A stretch of 63,526 nt of DNA, the filler included, from Octopus bimaculoides (Eukaryota), in the NCBI RefSeq assembly GCF_001194135.2. It is 7 parts of 6 records of this genome, joined end to end, with 100 filler letters (N's around TTAATTAATTAA, not from the genome) between each part and the next. Parts side by side here need not be neighbours in the genome. Positions count along the whole stretch, not along the records: positions 6,915 to 32,233 come from NC_068981.1; positions 32,334 to 43,587 come from NC_068981.1; 5 more parts are not named here. One strand, given 5' to 3'. Within the stretch, counting starts at the first letter, position 1. Each line of letters starts with the position of its first letter. A model generated the notes under the pieces. The model saw only the letters and a list, made by a program, of their open reading frames with translations. It was not told the origin of the DNA and ran no database searches. Below, piece by piece: positions 25,298 through 37,399 of this stretch. The position numbers and the translations under genes were made by a program.

Positions 25298-25590
25298 GGC
25301 GAAACGTGTAGAGGTATTTCGTCTGTCTTTATGTTCTGAGTTCAAATTCCGCCGAGGCCGACTTTGCCTTTCATCCTTTCTGGGTCGATAAATTAAGTAC
25401 CAGTTGCATACTGGAGTCGATCTAATTGACTGGCCCCCTCTCCCAAAATTTCGGACTCTTTTGCCTAGAGTAGAAAAGAATTATCTCCTGTTATTTCTTT
25501 AAGGCGGTGAGCTGGCAGAAACTTTAGCACGCTGGGGTCAATCTAATTGACTGGCCCCCTCCCCTAAAATTTCGGGCTTTCTGTCTAGAG
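25298..25590 (+). mobile_element. Two tandem SINE family B copies, the second internally deleted
   Basis: A full body is followed by a GGCGGTGAGCTGGCAG head joined directly to the GGGGTCAATCTAATTGACTGGCCCCC tail. Confidence 0.88.
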
Positions 25591-26003
25591 TATAAAAGTC
25601 TATTCAGATGTAACAGGTACCAATTGGGTACTGGTACAACTCTCCTCTCTTTTCCACTTCTTGGGTCTTGGGTCGAGTTTCAGGAAAATTTTCAAAACAT
25701 TTGCGGAGAAAGAATTTTGGCCTTTTTGCTTATTGACTTCGGTTGCATTTTGCAGAAGTTTGATATTATTTGTAAAACAAGGGTTTAGTGTATTGCTGTG
25801 TTTAGTTGGATAGATGATCACTTGCTCTATAAACATCTTAGTGAGATGATTTCATTTAGTTGAGCTCAGGTGGTGATATACCTGGACAAAATGTGTCCTT
25901 CTGATCATTTGAGACTGTGAAAATTAAAGTCTCTCAAAAAATTTGAAAATGATAATTTGATCCAGTTTAGTTAATATTCCTATCTTCTTGATTCCCTCCT
26001 CGA

Positions 26004-26072
26004 ATACATGATAGCAGACATCTGGCGGATGTTGTCTACTTATCATCCACCAGATGTCTGTTATCGTTGTAC
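26004..26072. ncRNA. Candidate pre-miRNA-like hairpin
   Basis: 22-bp stem (26010-26031 with 26044-26065) containing one G-U pair and one mismatch, a 12-nt loop and a short basal extension. The strand cannot be determined. Confidence 0.45.
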
Positions 26073-26103
26073 AATATGTTGTACGATATGTATATATGTG
26101 TTA

Positions 26104-26320
26104 AGGCGGCGAGCTGGCAGAATCGTTAGCAAACGGGGCAAAATGCTTAGCGGCATTTTGTCCGTCTTCACGTTCTGAGTTCAATTTCCACTGAGGGCCT
26201 ACTTTGACTTTCATCTTTTCGAGGACGATAAAATAACTACTAGTGAAACACCGGGGTCGATATAATCAATTGATTCCCCTTCCTGAAAACTGCTAACCTT
26301 ATGCCAAAATTTGAAACCAA
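26104..26320 (+). mobile_element. SINE family B, full length
   Basis: GGCGGCGAGCTGGCAGAATCGTTAGC..GTTCTGAGTTC..GAAACCAAT. Confidence 0.9.
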
Positions 26321-26751
26321 TATATACATTTGTTGTGCTGCTTTACATGTACTATTAATGCATTACGAATAGAGTTTGAGCGTGATAACAGCACTAGAAG
26401 TATCACATCTTCATGTGAATTCTAATGTGTATAATAATCTAAGAGAGCTAGATTATTTGGAAGAAAGCAAGCGAATGTATACGAAAACAAAGACGAAAAT
26501 AACGGAGAAATGGTACACAATTACAAATACAAACAAGAGGACATTAACAACAGATGTCTTTCGACTAGGGACGAATTAAATTAAGCTGGTGTGTGTGGAA
26601 GTGAAGCCTTACGGCAGGAACATAAGAGATTAAAGTGATGGGAAGGAATATAGCAGATGCTACACGGATGGTAGTCGAACCAAGAAAGAAAGGTCAAGCA
26701 TAGCGGAACACTGGTCACGTGGAAGGAGAGAAGAGATGTGGGGCAGACGGA

Positions 26752-26976
26752 TTGAAGAATTAGGAAGGGACGAGAAAGAGAGAAAAAGAAAGGAAAGAGA
26801 CAGAGTGAGATAAAGAGGAGGAAAAGTGATGAAAATGGAGGGAAGGCCACGAAGTGTGCCCCCTCTCTCACATTTCTTGGCCTTCCCTTCATTCTCATCA
26901 TTTTCTCTCCTCTTTTACCTTACTCTGTCCCTTTCCTTTCTTTTTCTCTCTTTCTCGTCCCTTCCTAATTCTTCAA
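26752..26976. repeat. Long fold-back inverted repeat (107/108-bp arms, 10-nt loop)
   Basis: 26752-26858 against the reverse complement of 26869-26976: the first 46 bp are identical, followed by 10 substitutions and 1 indel. Confidence 0.95.
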
Positions 26977-27455
26977 TACCACTGCCCCTACCTCTCTCCT
27001 CATATATATANNNNNNNNNNNNNNNNNNNNNNNNNNNNNNNNNNNNNNNNNNNNNNNNNNNNNNNNNNNNNNNNNNNNNNNNNNNNNNNNNNNNNNNNNN
27101 NNNNNNNNNNNNNNNNNNNNNNNNNNNNNNNNNNNNNNNNNNNNNNNNNNNNNNNNNNNNNNNNNNNNNNNNNNNNNNNNNNNNNNNNNNNNNNNNNNNN
27201 NNNNNNNNNNNNNNNNNNNNNNNNNNNNNNNNNNNNNNNNNNNNNNNNNNNNNNNNNNNNNNNNNNNNNNNNNNNNNNNNNNNNNNNNNNNNNNNNNNNN
27301 NNNNNNNNNNNNNNNNNNNNNNNNNNNNNNNNNNNNNNNNNNNNNNNNNNNNNNNNNNNNNNNNNNNNNNNNNNNNNNNNNNNNNNNNNNNNNNNNNNNN
27401 NNNNNNNNNNNNNNNNNNNNNNNNNNNNNNNNNNNNNNNNNNNNNNNNNNNNNNN

Positions 27456-27499
<44 letters not shown>

Positions 27500-27740
27500 T
27501 GTCTGTCTATGTCTGTGTGTGTGTATGTTCATGTTTGTGTTTGTCTCCTGCTACCGCTTGACAACGAGTGTTCGTTTGCTTACATACCCGTCACTTACCG
27601 GTTTTCCAAAAGAAAATTATAGAATATGTACCATTCATCAAAATAAATACTAGAGCTGAAGTGTTCCACTAAACCCTTCAAGCCGTTATACAGCATGGCC
27701 GTAGTCCAATGATTGAAACATATAAAAGATAAAAAAGGCA
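27500..27740 (+). mobile_element. SINE family A, 3' half
   Basis: TTTGTCTCC..CGCTTGACAAC..CAGCATGGCCGTAG..GAAACATATAAAAG. Confidence 0.8.
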
Positions 27741-27976
27741 TTAGCAATAATGGAGATAGAACAATGTCTGTTGGTGCCCTGTCTTAGTTGATATCACATC
27801 ATCATCATCATCTTCGTCCTTCTTCAAGACAGCTTTCTCATTATGAATTAAATTCGTGACAGTGGTAGTCTTGGCAGCTTTAATCTTAAGTTGTTCGTTT
27901 CTGGAGATCAATAATTCTATTAAAATGTTCAACCAGACCATATCATTGGGAAATGCATCTTAGCCCCGTTTTGATT

Positions 27977-28046
27977 CTATTCTATGTTAAGGATCTTTTG
28001 AACTATTCTTCTTGGCGGGTTCTCCTCAAGTTCTTTATCAGCATAG
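27977..28046 (-). CDS. Candidate terminal coding exon (xYADKELEENPPRRIVQKILNIE*)
   Basis: Pyrimidine-rich acceptor CCTTCGCTTGTTTCTCTAG| and an open frame to TAG. No homology recognised. Confidence 0.2.
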
Positions 28047-28094
28047 CTAGAGAAACAAGCGAAGGTCTTCGATGTTCTCTCTCTCTCCCCTCAC

Positions 28095-28134
<40 letters not shown>

Positions 28135-28900
28135 NNNNNNNNNNNNNNNNNNNNNNNNNNNNNNNNNNNNNNNNNNNNNNNNNNNNNNNNNNNNNNNNNN
28201 NNNNNNNNNNNNNNNNNNNNNNNNNNNNNNNNNNNNNNNNNNNNNNNNNNNNNNNNNNNNNNNNNNNNNNNNNNNNNNNNNNNNNNNNNNNNNNNNNNNN
28301 NNNNNNNNNNNNNNNNNNNNNNNNNNNNNNNNNNNNNNNNNNNNNNNNNNNNNNNNNNNNNNNNNNNNNNNNNNNNNNNNNNNNNNNNNNNNNNNNNNNN
28401 NNNNNNNNNNNNNNNNNNNNNNNNNNNNNNNNNNNNNNNNNNNNNNNNNNNNNNNNNNNNNNNNNNNNNNNNNNNNNNNNNNNNNNNNNNNNNNNNNNNN
28501 NNNNNNNNNNNNNNNNNNNNNNNNNNNNNNNNNNNNNNNNNNNNNNNNNNNNNNNNNNNNNNNNNNNNNNNNNNNNNNNNNNNNNNNNNNNNNNNNNNNN
28601 NNNNNNNNNNNNNNNNNNNNNNNNNNNNNNNNNNNNNNNNNNNNNNNNNNNNNNNNNNNNNNNNNNNNNNNNNNNNNNNNNNNNNNNNNNNNNNNNNNNN
28701 NNNNNNNNNNNNNNNNNNNNNNNNNNNNNNNNNNNNNNNNNNNNNNNNNNNNNNNNNNNNNNNNNNNNNNNNNNNNNNNNNNNNNNNNNNNNNNNNNNNN
28801 NNNNNNNNNNNNNNNNNNNNNNNNNNNNNNNNNNNNNNNNNNNNNNNNNNNNNNNNNNNNNNNNNNNNNNNNNNNNNNNNNNNNNNNNNNNNNNNNNNNN

Positions 28901-28963
<63 letters not shown>

Positions 28964-30748
28964 CATACATACACTTCTATACAATCACGAACACACATAA
29001 TTTATAAGATATTGTATTTAGTACTGTGTACATATATATATAAATATATACACATGCATACATACATACATACATACATACATAAATACATACATATACT
29101 ATCTACATAGAGATATAATCTATACGCCATTAAGTCATTATGTGCAGGCATACAGACACACTGAAAATACACACACACACACACACACACATACACGCAC
29201 ACATATTACAGTGTATGCATATGTATATAGTATTAATAAAATACAGAAAACATGGTATCTTATGGTATGTATACGTGTGTGTATATATATATATATATAT
29301 NNNNNNNNNNNNNNNNNNNNNNNNNNNNNNNNNNNNNNNNNNNNNNNNNNNNNNNNNNNNNNNNNNNNNNNNNNNNNNNNNNNNNNNNNNNNNNNNNNNN
29401 NNNNNNNNNNNNNNNNNNNNNNNNNNNNNNNNNNNNNNNNNNNNNNNNNNNNNNNNNNNNNNNNNNNNNNNNNNNNNNNNNNNNNNNNNNNNNNNNNNNN
29501 NNNNNNNNNNNNNNNNNNNNNNNNNNNNNNNNNNNNNNNNNNNNNNNNNNNNNNNNNNNNNNNNNNNNNNNNNNNNNNNNNNNNNNNNNNNNNNNNNNNN
29601 NNNNNNNNNNNNNNNNNNNNNNNNNNNNNNNNNNNNNNNNNNNNNNNNNNNNNNNNNNNNNNNNNNNNNNNNNNNNNNNNNNNNNNNNNNNNNNNNNNNN
29701 NNNNNNNNNNNNNNNNNNNNNNNNNNNNNNNNNNNNNNNNNNNNNNNNNNNNNNNNNNNNNNNNNNNNNNNNNNNNNNNNNNNNNNNNNNNNNNNNNNNN
29801 NNNNNNNNNNNNNNNNNNNNNNNNNNNNNNNNNNNNNNNNNNNNNNNNNNNNNNNNNNNNNNNNNNNNNNNNNNNNNNNNNNNNNNNNNNNNNNNNNNNN
29901 NNNNNNNNNNNNNNNNNNNNNNNNNNNNNNNNNNATATATATATATATAATCTACACACACTTTTATATTACGTAATAATATATCATCATCATCTATACG
30001 GTATAAAAGATATAATTCATTATATGTGAAAACATATTTTTATGCTTAAAATGCATTTAATTTTCAATGTAGTTTAATTTTACTCTTAAAAGAAACGAAT
30101 GCCAAGTTGTTGATGCGTGTGTGAGAGAGGGGGGAGGCGAGTGGAGAGAGAAAGAGAAACTACAAGAGGAAGAAAGGGGGAGAGAACTAGAATGTAATGA
30201 CAAACAAAGGCGATGAACAGAAGGAAAGAAAGGAAGAGGTAAATGAAACTGAGAGGTGTGTGAGAAAGTGCATGTGTATAAGAGAGGGAGAGAGAGAGAT
30301 AGACAGATAGACAGACAATAGACAGACAGGCAGAGTGCTGTAGAACAAGACATTAAACTACGTATGTGTGAAACATACTTTTCGACTACATGACCTCGGT
30401 ATATCCCCAATGTAGTTTCTTTGGTCAGTTTGATATGCAACAGTATTTGACTGTTTTTAAAGGCCCTCAGCTTGGCAGAGGTGGGCGTTCCAGACCCTTT
30501 TTTGAACTACCACTAAGCAGTAACCTAAAACTTGGCCCTGTAGATGTTAAATCAGACCTTTTAAATGATTAAAAAACTCACCTTATACAACGTTGAATAT
30601 GGCGTATAGTAAACCTATTAAATGTCTATAATATTAATCTTGAATAGGACGGGTTAGTCAACGAGGCAAGAGATATGTTCGTCCAGTGTTCATACAAGAA
30701 AATAGATGAAAATCTTCATTAAATGGAAGGCATTTTAGAAGTATGCAT

Positions 30749-30812
<64 letters not shown>

Positions 30813-30829
30813 GCAGACATACACACACA

Positions 30830-30864
<35 letters not shown>

Positions 30865-31579
30865 TATATATATNNNNNNNNNNNNNNNNNNNNNNNNNNN
30901 NNNNNNNNNNNNNNNNNNNNNNNNNNNNNNNNNNNNNNNNNNNNNNNNNNNNNNNNNNNNNNNNNNNNNNNNNNNNNNNNNNNNNNNNNNNNNNNNNNNN
31001 NNNNNNNNNNNNNNNNNNNNNNNNNNNNNNNNNNNNNNNNNNNNNNNNNNNNNNNNNNNNNNNNNNNNNNNNNNNNNNNNNNNNNNNNNNNNNNNNNNNN
31101 NNNNNNNNNNNNNNNNNNNNNNNNNNNNNNNNNNNNNNNNNNNNNNNNNNNNNNNNNNNNNNNNNNNNNNNNNNNNNNNNNATATATACTACATATATAC
31201 GACAAATTTACTATATAGATATATATATATATATATAGAAAAAAATTAAGATACTCAGAAATCTGAATGTTTGTACATTTACAGATTTTTATTAAAGTCA
31301 CATATTAAATTATTAATGTCACATATTAAATAAAGCGCTTTTCACCTAGTCGTGTAGGATATATAAATCCAAAACATGAAAACAAGAACACAACAGTCAA
31401 CAGTAAAACATCCGGACAGTAAAACATCCGGACAGACAAACAGTTTCTTCATCTTTCTGATTTCTGATTTCCAACACATACTAATTCGTTTGCTTTCCCC
31501 TCAGACTTATTTATCAGCAACAACAATAACAATTAAAAAAAGTTCTTTCATTGTAATTTTAACCACAAATAAGGCGACG

Positions 31580-31715
31580 ATTTGACAGAATTGTTAGCAC
31601 GCCGGGCAAAATGCTTAGCGCCACTTTACGTTCTGAGTTCATATCCTGTCAATGTCGACTTTGCCTTTCGTCCTTTCGAGGTCGATAAAATAAGCACCAG
31701 TTGAGCACTGTGGTC
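31580..31715 (+). mobile_element. SINE family B
   Basis: GTTAGCACGCCGGGCAAAATGCTTAGCG..GTCGACTTTGCCTTTCG..GTCGATAAAATAAGCACCAG. Confidence 0.88.
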
Positions 31716-32202
31716 GCCACAAATGTACATTACTGCTCTCAAATTGCATCGCATTCCATTCAAAGTTTTGAAGCTTTTCATCTGCTTTCCCATATGAACA
31801 CTATATGTGGAATTTATTCATTAGTTGGCTAGATGTGCGGGCGTAACTTCAAATCCTAGCCAATACAAATTTTATAATAAATTTACCTCTACTTTTGTTA
31901 AATGTTCCGTTAAAATACTTAAACTAGCTATAAAATAATAACCTCAATTTAAAATTTATGATATTTCTATTTAAAATTAACAAGATTAGTTACTATTCGT
32001 AAATTATAAACGCAATGTATAATATATATACATATGCACATTGTTACATACACACACACATATGAACAAGTGGTAGGCTTGAAAAAAAATACTGCACCCT
32101 GGCGTTGAATGGTTCAACAAAAACACTTCAAGGCGGTGTTCCAAGGTGGCCGCAGTCAAATGACTGAAGCAAGTAAAAGAATAAAATAATATACATGCAT
32201 AC

Positions 32203-32233
<31 letters not shown>

Positions 32234-32333
32234 NNNNNNNNNNNNNNNNNNNNNNNNNNNNNNNNNNNNNNNNNNNNTTAATTAATTAANNNNNNNNNNN
32301 NNNNNNNNNNNNNNNNNNNNNNNNNNNNNNNNN

Positions 32334-32378
<45 letters not shown>

Positions 32379-33007
32379 TCAGTAGCTCCTATATTCAAAA
32401 GCGAAGCACACTCTACAGCATATTTAGGGGGCTGAATATGATGTGCCATATCACGTCGATATGATGTAACCCACTACCGAATGTAGCGCGTAGATGTAAC
32501 GCTTAAAGGCTCTCACGTCAGGGTCACCAATTGTAGCGGGTTGACATATCATCAAACTCAAAAAATATGCCAATCAAAACAATTTTAATTATTTCTAGAA
32601 AAGTAATACATCTGATTATTTAAAAATTGCTCTGGCTTGTTAATCTGAAAAAGGAAAACAAAGAAAAAACAAACATTTACATATACTATATTTATTCGAA
32701 ATATCATTCTACTATGGCTTCCACACTTTCAGCTTAATGCCAGTCGGTAATGGACTGTCTAGTTACAACTACCACCATTGATCCTGTGAGTAGAAGTAGC
32801 AGAACCAAGTATAGAATCATGATTTATTTCCCATCACCAAACTGAACCTGCAATGCCGGTTTGATTTCTATCTGAGTCATTTCACCGCAATTAATCCTCC
32901 ACACAGAAGTTCCGGACACAGTCAGCATCTCGAAGTGCAATTGACTTTTCTGGATTGACCTGCTCTTGATACTTAGGCTAGAAATGAAGTTTTCGACGGT
33001 GACTCAC

Positions 33008-33055
33008 CCGTGCATTAAGATATATGAGACATATTTTCTTTTATAATACAGTAGC
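33008..33055 (-). CDS. Candidate 48-nt internal exon (phase 2-2; xLLYYKRKYVSYILMHG)
   Basis: Acceptor CTTCATCATTCTGTCCAACAG| and donor CGG|GTGAGT. Only one frame is open. Confidence 0.2.
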
Positions 33056-33505
33056 CTGTTGGACAGAATGATGAAGTGTCCATTAAAGAATTTCGAGTTC
33101 TTATTTCATTATTGGGGTTGTAGTATGAACCATGTACTAAATACTTCCTGCTTCATCTTATGGAGCATCAAATAATTCACCGGTAGCATGAACTACCGTA
33201 ATCGAATCCTTTTAAAGATTAATGAAAGGCCTTAACATATTCATTGAACCGTGCATTTAGCAAATGGCATTTAATTTTTCATACCCAAAGTCTAGTATCG
33301 TTGAAAGTTTATTTAAATTGTGGTTCGACACTTTGAAATAGTGGCAATGCAAATGATGGTGTCTGTGAGTGCTTGTATATGTAAATGTTTGTGTGTGTGT
33401 GTGTGTGTGTTTGTGTTTGTGTGTGTCTGTCTGTTTTTCAGATGCATACATTTCAAACTTTAGCAAGATTATTAAAACAACAATCGTGCAAAAAAAAAAG
33501 AAAGA

Positions 33506-33545
<40 letters not shown>

Positions 33546-34048
33546 GTATATATATATATANNNNNNNNNNNNNNNNNNNNNNNNNNNNNNNNNNNNNNNN
33601 NNNNNNNNNNNNNNNNNNNNNNNNNNNNNNNNNNNNNNNNNNNNNNNNNNNNNNNNNNNNNNNNNNNNNNNNNNNNNNNNNNNNNNNNNNNNNNNNNNNN
33701 NNNNNNNNNNNNNNNNNNNNNNNNNNNNNNNNNNNNNNNNNNNNNNNNNNNNNNNNNNNNNNNNNNNNNNNNNNNNNNNNNNNNNNNNNNNNNNNNNNNN
33801 NNNNNNNNNNNNNNNNNNNNNNNNNNNNNNNNNNNNNNNNNNNNNNNNNNNNNNNNNNNNNNNNNNNNNNNNNNNNNNNNNNNNNNNNNNNNNNNNNNNN
33901 NNNNNNNNNNNNNNNNNNNNNNNNNNNNNNNNNNNNNNNNNNNNNNNNNNNNNNNNNNNNNNNNNNNNNNNNNNNNNNNNNNNNNNNNNNNNNNNNNNNN
34001 NNNNNNNNNNNNNNNNNNNNNNNNNNNNNNNNNNNNNNNNNNNNNNNN

Positions 34049-34125
<77 letters not shown>

Positions 34126-34839
34126 AAACAAGTGCACATACGCTTGTCTGCGTAATGTTGATGTCAAATTGTATAAATGTCTACGAGGAATTTGATATTT
34201 TCTTATAAATGTCAATGGTTTGCTGTAAATCTTGTCGGGACTGGCAGTTAATTAATGCCGATACAACACAACAGATATTAACTGAGTGGGAAAAAAAAAC
34301 ATAATTATATGGGTTCACTGACGTGTCACGTTGATCAGTAAATATACTTGCTAACAATATGCATTTGTTAATATGAACTGTACACTATTTACTTCTCTGA
34401 CTACTGTAGCCATGTATAAAGTGTAACAAATGATTTTAAGGGGCTTCGACAATAAAAATGAAACCGAATGGTGTCTCATGTCGTGGACACTGCATGTTGT
34501 TATGCGGCATCGAATGGCTTCATAAAGTCAAACAAACAAACAAACAGACAAATAAACAAACAAACGAACGAACGAACGAACAAACGAACAAACAAACGAA
34601 CAAACGAACACATACTCAGATGAATGAAAATGTTGCGAACAGCATTGATTAGATTATATTGCAAAATTTAGATATTTAAAGCTTTAGAAATGTCTTACAT
34701 ATTTTTACTGTTCTGTTATCTTGCTTCGTTTCGAATGTAAATCTTACAAGTCACAATTTTACTTTGGAATCTGTAATACTTCACAAGATCGCTGTTCAGA
34801 TGTTTTGTATCATAGCCAAATACTCGGACACCATTATTA

Positions 34840-35045
34840 AGATCGAAGAGCTGGTAGAAAAATTAGACCATTGGGAATAATGCTTCACGGTGTTTCTTCT
34901 GACACTCTGCATTGTAAATTCAGTTCCCAGGGAGGCCAACTTATTTTTCATCCTTCGGGGAGCGATAAAATAAAATAACAGTCAAGTACTGGGGTCGATT
35001 GCATCAACTCTCGGAGCCCCTCAAAAATGATCCTAAACCAGAAAC
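34840..35045 (+). mobile_element. Degraded SINE family B with an (ATT)n tail
   Basis: GAGCTGGTAGAA..CATCCTTCGGGGAGCGATAAAAT..GTACTGGGGTCGAT. Confidence 0.7.
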
Positions 35046-35096
<51 letters not shown>

Positions 35097-35135
35097 TGTT
35101 GTTGTTGTTGTTGTTGCTGTTGTTGTTATATATAA

Positions 35136-35349
35136 CGCGGCGAGCTCGCAGAATCGTTAGCACGCCGGGCGAAATGCTTAGCAGTATTTCGTCTGTCTTT
35201 ATGTTCTGAGTTCAAATTCCACCGAAGTGAACTTTGCCTTTCATCCTTTCGGGGTCGATAAATTAAGTACCATTTGCGTACTGGGGTCGATCTAATCGAC
35301 TGACCCCCTCCTCCCAAATTTCAGGCCTTGTGCCTTTAGTAGAAAGGAT
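35136..35349 (+). mobile_element. SINE family B, young full-length copy
   Basis: Near-consensus sequence followed by (ATT)n. Confidence 0.93.
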
Positions 35350-35379
35350 TTATTATTATAATTATAATTATTATTATTA

Positions 35380-35427
<48 letters not shown>

Positions 35428-35443
35428 GTAGTAGTAGTAGTAT

Positions 35444-36290
35444 AAGTGCGACGACGTTATCGAGGAGGCTTTGGGCGCCGCCGAGAATGAACTGGCTTAG
35501 TCTGTTCCGGACGACTTTCCGATCGGAAACTAATCATGGATAATTTCCAGATGCCCTTAACCTGACACTGCTATCGTGGGGCGCTACTGGTTCGAGACAA
35601 GCTCAATAGGTACGGATGCGCTGTAAGACGGACTTGTCTGAGGTGCGCGCAGAGTGATGAAACTGTTCTGCATTCCCTCGTTCAGTGTCCGGAGATTGCT
35701 AACTTGTGAGGTTATGCTGAACAGCTGCTGTCACGTGTAGTGATGATTGCTCCGCTTTCCTCCTTCAATCGGGCAGGCAAGGCAGTTTTCCTTTGCCTGG
35801 TGGCTATGGCGAAAGAGGTTGTTTGATGGACAAGGCTGAAAGACACGAGGACAGATACATTCCTCTTTGGTAGTGCTGTCATTGACTTTTTCAAGTTTCA
35901 CTTGAAATGGAAATTGAGAGTGGAGAGTGAAGTGCTGCCCTCGAGTGAATTTATCGAAAGGTGGATGAAAGTTGCGAAGAGTGTAGACCCGTGACTCGGA
36001 GATAAGGAATTGGAGAGGGCACTTGCTCATAGGGTTTCAGGAAAATCTTGGACAGCAGAGTTCCTCGATTATCCCTAGAGGCGTTCCTGTATCATGACGG
36101 CCATATCTCTATCACCCCTTTTTTATGTGCCTTTGTATGCTATGCACATGTCTGTTTTTTTTACAGTGTATACCGCGTATACTATTTTTTTATCATTTCA
36201 TTATTATATGTAAACCTCCACACTTTGTGTCTGTCTCTGTATTGTCCCCCTCATCCTTTGCCCTTGTGGCAAATAAATGAAATCATCATC
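35444..36290 (+). mobile_element. 5'-truncated L1/Tx1-clade LINE (ORF2 C-terminus with zinc-finger, 3' UTR and tail)
   Basis: 35536-35994 reads MDNFQMPLT*HCYRGALLVRDKLNRYG..RTCLRCAQSDETVLHSLVQCPEIANL*GY..KEVV*WTRL..FIERWMKV. It carries the CxxC-H-C zf-RVT-type motif and three TGA stops. AATAAA lies at 36272, followed by an (ATC)/(ATT) tail. Confidence 0.88.
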
Positions 36291-36296
36291 ATCATG

Positions 36297-36353
<57 letters not shown>

Positions 36354-36359
36354 ATTATC

Positions 36360-36945
36360 ATTGAGTGAGAGAGCAGTGCATGCCATCAAAGTGACACTGG
36401 GGTGAAATATACGAAACCCATTATACCCATCATGACTACCCGTCTGATAAGGGTACACCAGGCACACGAATCACAACCATATGTGCGCGACATGGTGATC
36501 TCATATCAAGATAAACAGCGCATGACCTCGCAGGTGGGGCCCAGTTAGAATTTTCTTCAAGTCGAGTAGCCCATCCCGTTCAAAANNNNNNNNNNNNNNN
36601 NNNNNNNNNNNNNNNNNNNNNNNNNNNNNNNNNNNNNNNNNNNNNNNNNNNNNNNNNNNNNNNNNNNNNNNNNNNNNNNNNNNNNNNNNNNNNNNNNNNN
36701 NNNNNNNNNNNNNNNNNNNNNNNNNNNNNNNNNNNNNNNNNNNNNNGCACATATAGTCAGCCACTAAGGGTCATGCTCAACTGGTTACGGTCAAACAACT
36801 GACAAGCAAATCTGTGGTATTGAGCAGAATATTTGCTGTAGCCCATCTTTTATACCAAGACAAAACAATGTACACGATAACACTTCCAATCGATTAAGAT
36901 CAGAAGCCATGAGAGCCACTGCCTGGTACTGCATCCGGGCATTTA
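36360..36945 (-). mobile_element. Probable retroposon fragment ending in (AAT)n, spanning a gap
   Basis: Complex sequence bounded on both sides by ATT/ATC microsatellites. The minus strand ends ...CTCTCTCACTCAATGATAATATTAATAATAAT. It is single-copy within the window, so the call is an inference. Confidence 0.4.
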
Positions 36946-36957
36946 TTATTTATTATT

Positions 36958-36993
<36 letters not shown>

Positions 36994-37078
36994 GTCATCG
37001 TCGTCGTCATCGTCGTCGTCGTCGTCGTCGTTGTTGTTGTTGTTGTTGTTTTTATTGTTGTTGTTATTGTTGTTGTTA

Positions 37079-37130
<52 letters not shown>

Positions 37131-37131
<1 letters not shown>

Positions 37132-37330
37132 CAGGCTCCGAGCTGGTGGAATGGTCGGAATGGCCACCTTGTCGAACAAATGCATAGCGACTTTTCGTTT
37201 ACACATCAAATTTCGTCGAAGTCGACTTTGCCTTTTAACCTTTTGGGATCGATAAAATAAGTACTGGGGTCAATGAAATTGACTTGCTCTACCCCCCACC
37301 CCCACCAAATTTCAGGCCTGGTGTCTACAG
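37131..37330 (+). mobile_element. SINE family B-related copy
   Basis: GAGCTGGTGGAAT..GTCGACTTTGCCTTT..GATCGATAAAATAAGTACTGGGGTC. Confidence 0.8.
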
Positions 37331-37399
37331 CAACCGACTTATTGAACCAAACTCAAGCAGATAAGCAACAGCCGGTGATGAATCTTACTGAAGAGAGCA

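Noticed and set aside
25866-25940. Three small adjacent stem-loops, and TTTGGTCTG-AAAA-CAGACCAAA at 39651-39672
   Set aside because: Stems of 5-9 bp are expected by chance in about 50 kb of AT-rich sequence.
35536-35994. All three in-frame stops of the LINE ORF2 relic are TGA at probable Trp positions, suggesting recoding, A-to-I rescue or deaminase hypermutation
   Set aside because: TGG to TGA is a common single-transition nonsense change and the flanking contexts differ. A 5' G disfavours ADAR editing, and the copy is 5'-truncated, so neutral decay suffices.
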